32,237 bases of DNA from Basidiobolus ranarum (taxonomy: Eukaryota), in NCBI GenBank assembly GCA_040143965.1, contig JASJQH010006960.1:1-32237 (forward strand), in the 5' to 3' direction. The notes below the pieces were generated by a model. That model saw nothing but the letters and a program-made list of their open reading frames with translations. It was not told where the DNA came from and did not search any database. Shown here one piece after another: positions 23,404 through 32,237 of this stretch. The translations under genes and the position numbers were made by a program. Position 1 is the first letter of the stretch. Each line of letters opens with the position of its first letter.

Positions 23404-24084
23404 TGAAGATTGACTATCACGCATATCCTGTCTCTTGTTTCCTTCACACACGCATGCGCACACTATCCACACCTTCCCTACTTAGATGTTTTATGGGTAT
23501 CAGTTTGTATTAGCATACTCAGATTGTATATACATTAGTGTGGGCCTATCTTAATGTGTTCGTTGCCTAGCCCACTGCTCCACATAACACCAACTATCTC
23601 CGTAATCCTCAAACTACTATCTCTACTTTAATGCTCGCCATCGCTCATCATTTGTACTTCATCTAATACCCAACCCCTAATGATCTAAATGTTTGAGCGA
23701 ATTTACTTTATTATTACCCAACAAATAATAAGATTTACAATCCATAATAGAATGCTTTGTTCTCGAATATTTCACGCGTTCGCTAATTTACAGCAACGGT
23801 TTTTTTTAATGACTGAAATTTGTTGAAAAAAAATTTACTAAGGAAAAAAAAGAGAAAAATCAAATCTTAGTACCATATTGAACCAGTGGAGCCAATGATC
23901 GCTGTAATTTGAAAAAAAGTCATTTTTTTTTCTTGACTGAAAATGTAGGAAAAAAGGTTATGGTGGCCGAGAATTAGGTATTCATGAAATAGAAAAACCA
24001 ACGACGAACAGTCTCTTTTCTAACTTGGTCGTGCGTTCTCTCCTTTCCAACTAACCACAAACCGAGAGTTCTCTTTTTTCAGTC

Positions 24085-25723
24085 ATGGTCAGCTTCATAC
24101 CTTTCATATGTTTATTGAATAGTTTTAAACTGTGCTTTTATTACATATCTTTCCACTGATTACTGTATATGATTACTCACGCAAACATTCTCTTCCTACC
24201 AATAGGTCAACTACGTCCTGTTCGAAAGCGCTTCTGGCTACGCTCTCTTTGAGAGACTTGAATCCGAGGAAATCGGTTCCAAACTTGACGAAGTTCAAGA
24301 AAGCTTCTTGGATCTCGCCAAGTTCGGTAAAATGATTAAGCTCAAGTCCTTCGTCCCCTTCAAGAGTGCCGCTCATGCTTTGGAGAACGCCAACGATGTT
24401 TCTGAGGGTAAGTTTCAGTTTTGTTGATTCTCAGTCGTAGTAACATTGTTGTTAAACGTTGATTATCTTTTCTTAGGTATCTGTAACGAAACCTTGAAAG
24501 CTTTCCTTGAGATGAATCTTCCTAAATCTAGCAAGAAGTCCAAGGTTGAGTTGGGTGTTACCGAGAAGAATCTTGCCGGTTCCATCAAAGCCGAAGTTGG
24601 TGTTGAGTGCTCTACTAGTGAGCTTGCTCAAGAGCTTATCCGTGGTATCAGATTCCACGCTGATAAGCTTCTTAAGCAATTGAAGGAGGGTGATTTGGAA
24701 AAGGCTCAATTGGGTTTAGGTCACTCTTACTCTCGTTGTAAGGTTAAGTTCAATGTCAACCGTTCCGATAACATGGTCATTCAATCTATCGCACTTCTTG
24801 ATCAACTTGACAAAGATCTCAACACTTTCTCCATGCGTGTTAGAGAATGGTATGGATGGCATTTCCCCGAACTTTCCAAGATTGTCAATGACAATGCTCA
24901 ATTCGCCAAGATTGCTAAGTTCGTTAAGAACAAGAGCACTTTGACCGAAGAGAGCCTTGAAGGCCTCGAAGAGATCACTGGTGATGCTGATAAGGCCAAG
25001 CAAATTTTGGATGCTGCTCGTTCCTCCATGGGAACTGACATCTCCGAATTCGATTTGCTTAACATTGAAAACTTCGCCACTCGCGTTGTTTCCTTGGCCA
25101 ACTACCGCAAGGAACTCCATGATTACTTGAACAGCAAGATGTCCCACATTGCTCCTAATCTTTCGGAACTTATTGGTGAAGTTGTTGGTGCTCGTCTTAT
25201 CTCCCACGCTGGTTCTTTGACCAATCTTGCCAAGTATCCCGCTTCCACTGTCCAAATTCTTGGTGCTGAGAAGGCTCTCTTCAGAGCTCTCAAGACCAAG
25301 GGTAACACTCCCAAGTATGGTCTTATCTACCACTCCTCTTTCATCGGCCGTGCTGGTGCCAAGAACAAGGGTCGTGTCTCTCGTTTCCTTGCCAACAAGT
25401 GCTCCATTGCCTCCCGTATCGATTGTTTCCTTGAGAAGCCTACCACCAAGTTCGGTGAAGCTCTTAAGCAACAAGTTGAGGACAGATTGGCCTTCTACGA
25501 ATCCGGTGCCGCTCCCAGCAAGAATGCTGACGTCATGAAATCCGTTATGGATAACCTTGATGATGATGAGGTTGCTGTCCCCGCCAAGAAGCGTGATGCT
25601 GAGGATGCCGATACCGACAAGAAGAAGAAAAAGAAGAAGACCGAAAAGGCAGAGAAGAAGTCGGAGAAGACTGAAAAGAAGTCTGAGAAGAAGGACAAGA
25701 AGAAGAAGAAGAAGTCTGAATAA
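24085..25723 (+). CDS. NOP56: Nucleolar protein 56, box C/D snoRNP core; 3 exons, 483 aa
   Basis: Exons 24085-24087 (ATG only), 24206-24407, 24477-25723. [81 protein letters not shown] tail; strong codon bias. Confidence 0.96.
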
Positions 25724-26279
25724 ACGTGTAGGAAGAGAAATCCTTAGAGAAATGTAGTTAGAAAGTACACATCGTTTCTCCCTCTCTTGCCACCCAATTA
25801 TAATTACATTTTTATATAGATATTAGAGAGCGATATTTTCTCTAGTTTTTTCGAGACCGATTCTTTATCTAAAGGTAGAATTTGTTTCTTCTGTGCCTTC
25901 TTTCTTCCTATTCCGATATTATTCTATATCTTTATTTCATTAACATACGAACACGCGCAATTCTTTTAGTTACTTTGTGAATACTTTCATCTGTCCAACA
26001 CAATCTTCCCTATTTCGAAAGAAAAAATGATGAAAAATATAATAAATTTATTGTAGACAGTCCTGCTATTCACTAATTTTATACATAACCAGCCATAGCA
26101 TTAATCCTTTACTATTACTAATGCGAGCTGATCATTCAACCATCACTGAATGACAAATCAATCACATTGTGCCCCAAAACTGGAGGAGTTGCAGTTTGTC
26201 ACGTGTACCATGAACAAAGGAGAAAGAACATAAATACATCCTTGCCTAACTCGAAACCTCACTCTTACACGAACTTATT

Positions 26280-26747
26280 ATGTCTGTTTCCGCCCTTGTC
26301 AAAGCCCTCGCCCACCCCTACATTAGATCATCCCATAGATTTTATTCTTCGCAGATTTTGAAAAAGTATGGATTACCGGAGAGGCCACAAGAACCAACCA
26401 CCTGCTGTATGAGGTAGGTATACAACTAACCCTAATCCTAATACTCACCTGACAACTAACTCTGTTGCATATACTTATTAGCGGATGTGCAAACTGGTAA
26501 ATTGATCTAGTTCTCATTATTATATATATATATGCCAATACCTAACCCTAAATATTGCATCAGTGTCTGGGATGTATTCAACGATGATATCAAAGAATAC
26601 AACGAAGCAGTGAAGAATATTAGAAGCGATTATCAAGCCAAAGGAATACCAATCCCTGAAGAACTAGAGCAGGAGCTAAGTCAAGAAATAGAAGTAGACC
26701 CCTCCATGAAAGCATTCCTAGATATGGAGAAAGCGATGAAGAAGTGA
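26280..26747 (+). CDS. Small mitochondrial oxidoreductase-like-domain protein (OXLD1/yeast YPL107W-like); 3 exons, 110 aa
   Basis: Exons 26280-26413, 26482-26496 (15 nt) and 26564-26747 give PERPQEPTTCCMSGCANCVWDVF and a C-terminal DPSMKAFLDMEK. The N-terminus is presequence-like (MSVSALVKALAHPYIRSSHRFYSS). Confidence 0.88.
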
Positions 26748-27591
26748 ACATTGTTTCCATACCCGTCCCTTAAATATTGCTTCTATCCCCATCTTCATGC
26801 CCTTTCCTATCATTTTGTACAAATAGCATTCATCCCATTTCATAAATCTAGATAAATAAATCTCGTTTCAGCTCGGTAGTGACGTAGGCAGTGATTGATT
26901 TGGAATTCAAGGCTGTCCGAATCACATGGATATCGCGCTTAAATAGTTTAGATAAGCAACCTAGATTCCCTCGTATATATTCAAGAAAGCAGATTGGGTG
27001 ATTGCTCGTGTGGTTGTACCTAGGATACATCTTGAACCCCACATGCTATGCTATATGCTGAAAATGTAATAGCTTCCTAAGCCAAATTGAACCATCATTC
27101 CAATGATCTTTAGCATACATACACACCCTCACTAAAGATGTGGTAAGCGAAGGTTGACATCATCAGTTGGAATGTCGGAATCTCTGAATGGCCAGACCTA
27201 GGATTAAATAACGATCAACTGAGGCCAATCAATATCAACTTGGATGAGAAGTTCTATCTTCAAGCTCAGATCATTGTCACTGATTTTATTATTAGAACCT
27301 CTATATAAGAAAGCTATAAAAACTTGACTAATAAACCTTAATTAACCCTATTATCAATTTTGTTCCAGCTGACTCGAATATCTACTCAACGAGTTTGAAA
27401 ATCCATCAGTTGTTTGTTCCCTTTTCTCTACTTCTCTTCCCAATAATAATAATTACCCTCATCTGAGAACAGCTTGCGCTTTACTTTCAAAGTATCATTT
27501 ACGGAGCACTTGTATATTGTGGAGATATATAAAACCTGTACATATCGAAATCCTCGAATATCTCATAATTCACGCATCTATTTAAGTACAC

Positions 27592-28857
27592 ATGAAAGCA
27601 AAACATTACCACTTGCCCATTCTTCTACTACTTCTTGATTCAACCCCACAAAACTTTGGCCAAAGTGTCAGCGACCAATGTTACAGCTTGAGTAGCTCGA
27701 AGTATTGTGGTGGAAGCTATGGTAGCTACTATCTCTCTACTAATACTGTAATAGAAGGTATTCCAGTCACAGATGTTGTTTCACTCGACCGTGCTATCGA
27801 TTATTATTTCGGCTCACCGCAAGATATTAGAACTTGTTCGACTTATTTTCGATGTAATCCTATGAGTACTTGGGATGGTGTGTATTTCCCTCCCTTTCGT
27901 GAACTTTTTTATTGTAGACAACTTCTGGAAAATCCTTTTTCCATGGCATGTAATTCAAAAAACCCAGTACCACCAACCTGTCAAGCAGATTGTCTTCAAA
28001 GCGTAGATGAATGGCAATTTTTATGGGGTAATGATACACTATGTAATTCACCTGGAGACCTTGCTTCCAAGCGAGCTGCCATAGTTCAAGGATGGTGTGA
28101 TGTTTCACCATATAATGGTACTCAAGCGAACTGTATACAGCCTAAAGATACACCACAAACTGTTTGCGGTATGTTTATACTATTTTCACTTCATGGCTTT
28201 CTTACTTTTAAATAACGAAATTGATTTTTACAAATTGACTTAGGCTATTCACTCCCTCAAGATCTCCCATCCCTTTGCATTTATTGTACAGGTAGTCCTC
28301 AAGCTCCGTGTTGTAATTCGGACCACGTTCGCTCGTGTAAAAACTCGGAAAACAACTCGAAAAGTCAACTTATTATCATTCTACCCATTGTAGTGGGATG
28401 TTTGGGTATGATTGGATTAGTCGCTGGTGTATGGCTTTACTATAAAAAGAAACGACAACATGGAAATACCCGAGAAAGCGCCAAAGATCCTAACCCAGGT
28501 ACATTTACTGGCCCCAATCCCAGGAGTTCCACTATGGATTCAGAGTATATCACACCATTCTCAACGGTATACACTTGTGTTTACCCTTACGAGCCCACAC
28601 TGCCAGACGAACTTCGGATCCTGCCAGGCGATGCAGTAACCATATTGATGACTTTCGAGGATGACTGGGGCGTAGGTCGTAATTTAACACGCGGCGGTGA
28701 GGGTGCATTACCACTTGCATGCCTAGACAAAGGAGTGACACCCTCGGAAGAGACTATAGTTTCAATAAGTAGTAGCAGTAGCATACCGAGACGAACATGC
28801 TCCAAGCGTGATTCTGGCAATATACGAATATCTCAATATTCTACAAAATCCACATAG
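27592..28857 (+). CDS. Single-pass membrane protein: signal peptide, Cys-rich ectodomain, TM, cytoplasmic SH3; 2 exons, 396 aa
   Basis: Exons 27592-28168 and 28244-28857. LPILLLLL signal, about 17 Cys in the ectodomain, TM LIIILPIVVGCLGMIGLVAGVWLYY followed by KKKR, SH3 YTCVYPYEPTLPDELRILPGD…DDWGVG…GEGALPLACL. Confidence 0.85.
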
Positions 28858-29850
28858 TGGTTTCAAAGGCATTTTACATACTCCGCAACCAATCACTTAC
28901 TAGAAACGATTTAACTCTATAGTGCGTGAACAATCGACTCATTAGCCGGCCTACCCTGGGTATCATTGCTGATGCATCTTCCTTGTACCGCTTTTACCAA
29001 GAAAGAGAGTTGATTCACTCAGCACCACAACACATATCTCTACCTGCACATAAGTAATGAGGCGTGTTTTTTTAGCTCAAGACCTCGCACTTGATATCTA
29101 TAGCCTCTCCGGAGCTCAGTCAATGGAACTATTCTCTCTGACGGCACTCCAACCTTTGTTCTTTAACACATTTTCATAACATTTCCACTTCACTAAAACA
29201 ATCCAACTGTCTATAAAGAATTTTGATAGAGTATCTGAATTAACCAAATGGAAATACACGATATCATGATTTGGATCATATCAAATGCACTCATATCCTG
29301 AATTAGGCTAAATTCTATTTTCCATGGTTAGATGGCAATTGTGCTAATGATGAATCTAGGCTTGGCTTTCTTTCAAACCTGCAAAATCAATTATATCAAC
29401 ACGGCATTTGATCTAAGCCGACAAAGCCTGCTCAACTAGCAATTAGGCTCATTTCTTTCAAATCCCTACATTATTCAGAGTATGTTCTGCACATAGTAGT
29501 TCCCCACTCACTCTCACGTATGGTTGTGTTTCTCGCGTCTATCAATTAGTGTCACAGAATTCGGATTCTGTTAGACTATTCCATAGAACTGGCCTCAAAA
29601 GTTTAAATCTAATTTAGAGTAGCCAATTATGTACACTCAGATGGCAATTAGTGGGGCTACCATCACTCATCAATTTAATACAGCCACTATGTTATTGGTA
29701 ATGATGGGTAGCAACAGGTAACGATGGTAGCAATGGGCTGGATGGCACGGTTAGGTTGTCATCCCAACTGACTTTGAATTGATTCTTCGCACAATGCATT
29801 GTCAGTTTTCTATTCTTCACCGTTGACAGTTTGATTGTTAGATTATAGTT

Positions 29851-29898
29851 ATTATTAGACTTCTCCACACTTCGAGTCATTATTAGACTTCTCCACAC
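29851..29898 (+). repeat. Perfect 20-bp direct repeat, period 28
   Basis: ATTATTAGACTTCTCCACAC at 29851-29870 and 29879-29898. Confidence 0.85.
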
Positions 29899-30286
29899 CG
29901 TTCTTTGTATTGTGATGGTTAGGGCCAGGGTTGGCTTATTACAATCCAATAAGGGGAAATTGAAGAACCAGTTTTTTTGGAGTATTATTGATACCAAAAA
30001 TGGGAGGTGCCTGGTGTGCGCCATCTGGGTCGAACATTGGTTTGATCATATTGTTCCAATTATACTTTTTACTTAGTTTTTACCTCTATTTTCGACCGTC
30101 TCACTATATATTAGCGCCATCCTCACATTTATCCTTACTCTTAAATCCTTGGGTCGCTTTCTCACTAGTGTCTTCATTTATTGACCACAATATATCTTTA
30201 CGCGTCCCACCTGTTTCACTATCCTTATTCATATTCATTTCTCTTCATCTACACTTGAGCCAAAATTCACAAACGTATAATATTCA

Positions 30287-31579
30287 ATGCTGACAACTCT
30301 AAAGTTTGGTAGCTTCGACCAATTTTGCGGTACGCTAGCATATACCCTATGTCCTTTAGTTGGCCCACAGGCCTATCGCACAATACCCGAGTGCGCTTCA
30401 CGTAATTTGGACCTCGGTGGTTTTCTAGTTTTTCAGCCAGGTACATCTTGAAAGTATGCACAGTCTACATACTTTACAATCTCAGTAACTCTTTTTGTTT
30501 CATGAACAGGTGCGTTAGCTGCTTATATTATTGCTATCCTCGTGACTGTAGTTATGATTTATAACATTCGAGTTAAATATACTGCTGTTGGTAAGTTTAT
30601 CTATTCTAAAAATAAGGATAAATAATGTATTGATAACTTCATGGATATTGACGAGTATTATGACCTTTACAGGCCGTCAGGAAATGTTATGTTTCTTCTA
30701 CTTGTACACTTTAACGGTGATTTTGGAGCTGTTGTTGATTGGAGGCTTTATTCCCATCTCCTCGGAAGTATACTCTGTAAGAGCTTTTCAAGGAATTTCT
30801 CATTTTTCTCTCACTGGAACGAATACTTATCATTCTCAATATAGTGGTTTACTGCTGCTCACATTGGACTGATATCAGCTTCAATATGGTGCCTTTTATT
30901 GAATGGCTTTGTTGGGTTTCAATTTGCTGAAGATGGTACTCCGCTATCACTTTGGGTATGTATATATAGTGGCTCGGTGCACTATATTTGTTGATATGTT
31001 ACTCAACTCTATGTATTCATTCTTTAGTCTATCCGTATATCATCTTTACTCATTTGGGGAGCGACCTTCTTTGTTTCTATCGCCACTTTCCGTAATATGT
31101 TTGGCAATTCAGGAGTTCTTAGTTCAGGAAGTCCATTGATTCTTTGGATCATTTATTTCATCTTCAACGGAGCGGCCCTCTTGATTTACTTCATTCTACA
31201 AATAATCCTTGTTGTGAATACTTTGACTGACCGTTGGCCATTAGGTAAATACGGAATATTGAATATGAGAATGATGATGATTTTATACTAAGCAACATTC
31301 ACTTTAGGGGATATTCTTATGGCGGGATTCTCCTTTGTAGTGGGACAAGTTATACTGTTGGTGTTCACAACTGATGTATGCACATTGATCTCACACTATC
31401 TTGATGGGTTGTTCTTTACCGTACTGTGTACATTATTCGCGGTAATGATGATCTATAAATATTGGGACTCCATAACCAAGGATGACTTGGAATATACTGT
31501 CGATTACAAACCGGATCAGTGGGAAGTCAAAGGATTTCTAGAAGACACCGAAATGGATTATTATCAAGACAGATATTAA
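30287..31579 (+). CDS. CHS7: Chitin synthase export chaperone Chs7; 6 exons, 312 aa
   Basis: Exons 30287-30440, 30510-30590, 30673-30776, 30845-30955, 31028-31244, 31308-31579. FGSFDQFC…[66 protein letters not shown]. Confidence 0.95.
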
Positions 31580-32065
31580 GAGACTCGAACATCCTCACGA
31601 TTTTCCATTCCTTTCAAATATACATATCTCATCTGACTTACCATGATTGTTCAGTAATTTCCCTTTGGTCTCTTTGTTGGTTAGCATGTACTTTCATTCA
31701 TTTAACTCTATGGTCTTGTCATCTCCTTTTGTTGTCATTTGAACAAAATCAATTCACTTATTATAATCTTAATTTCCCTTTTCTTTTCTTGAGTAGATTC
31801 CCTTTCCATGAAATCCACACGGATTTTCGTGTTAATTTCCTTTCACCCAATTAAACCGAACCCAACTCAATTTCACTCCACTACATAAATTCAACCCCAT
31901 CGTTGATCCAACCGATACTTGTAACTGACTATAAACAATCTAACTACATTCATTGGTTGTAGTTGGAGTAACCATATTATGGGAATATCCAACTATTGGT
32001 TGAATTTATTCTATGTACATGATGAAATGTTGAAATATGCGAGAATTCAATTTAACCTATGGTCA

Positions 32066-32192
32066 TTAAAGTGTTTGAACCTCTCCTGCTGACCAAATAT
32101 GAATCTGATTCCCTGCCAAAGTGGGATCATGTTTCTTATTTTCATGAATGGTAACCCATCCTGCTCGGTCACGTGAATCCCGCTTGCACCAC
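32066..32192 (-). CDS. Possible last exon of a minus-strand gene continuing beyond the window
   Basis: A pyrimidine tract and TAG acceptor (ttctctatttttctag) precede more GC-rich sequence, open as WCKRDSRDRAGWVTIHENKKHDPTLAGNQIHIWSAGEVQTL*. A second frame is also open to 32047, so the frame is uncertain. Confidence 0.35.
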
Positions 32193-32237
32193 CTAGAAAA
32201 ATAGAGAATAATTAATGGATTGATTTACTGCGAATGT

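Noticed and set aside
24716-25474. 252-aa antisense ORF inside NOP56
   Set aside because: Shadow ORF explained by strong codon bias on the sense strand; no ATG start and no recognisable motifs.
26027-26149. Possible box C/D snoRNA (ATGATGA at 26027, CTGA at 26128 and 26146) downstream of NOP56
   Set aside because: No terminal stem, very AT-rich interior and no rRNA complementarity that I could recognise.
29300-29660. Loose recurring motifs (gatggcaatt, taggct…tttctttcaaa) in the intergenic region
   Set aside because: Too short and degenerate, with no consistent period or terminal repeats to support an element.
29851-29898. Direct repeat as a CRISPR-like array
   Set aside because: Only two units with an 8-nt spacer, eukaryotic context and no cas genes.
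886-31579. The whole window as a functional gene cluster
   Set aside because: The genes are functionally unrelated housekeeping and accessory loci, with no biosynthetic backbone enzyme or shared pathway evident.
32140-32192. tRNA-like 3' end (gaatcccgcttgcacca)
   Set aside because: No TTCG T-loop, no matching acceptor stem and no cloverleaf; better explained as a minus-strand exon.

Overview
Eukaryotic genomic DNA from a gene-dense fungus with short GT-AG introns, most likely an early-diverging lineage (inferred from CHS7, fungal GT49, mitochondrial TypA and the intron style). Hand splicing gives 14 complete protein-coding genes, all with intact reading frames: a uridine-kinase-like protein, a multi-TM coiled-coil protein, a GT49 glycosyltransferase, an NAD kinase, cullin-4, a small PH-like protein, the Prp2/DHX16 helicase, TypA/BipA, a GDSL/SGNH-like protein, an orphan, NOP56, an OXLD1-like protein, a Cys-rich/TM/SH3 receptor-like protein and CHS7. 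There is also a possible terminal exon at the right edge. The top finding is invisible in the ORF track: the NAD kinase has an N-terminal PB1 domain split over three small exons, which could tether NADP(H) synthesis to fungal PB1 scaffolds (NoxR/Bem1/Cdc24). Other points are two intact genes lacking catalytic residues (uridine kinase-like, GDSL-like), a PIP-box-like motif in the CUL4 tail, a mitochondrion-targeted TypA, dispersed TTAGGG motifs and a CpG-free relic at the left edge. All family calls come from motif recognition by eye; no database searches were run.
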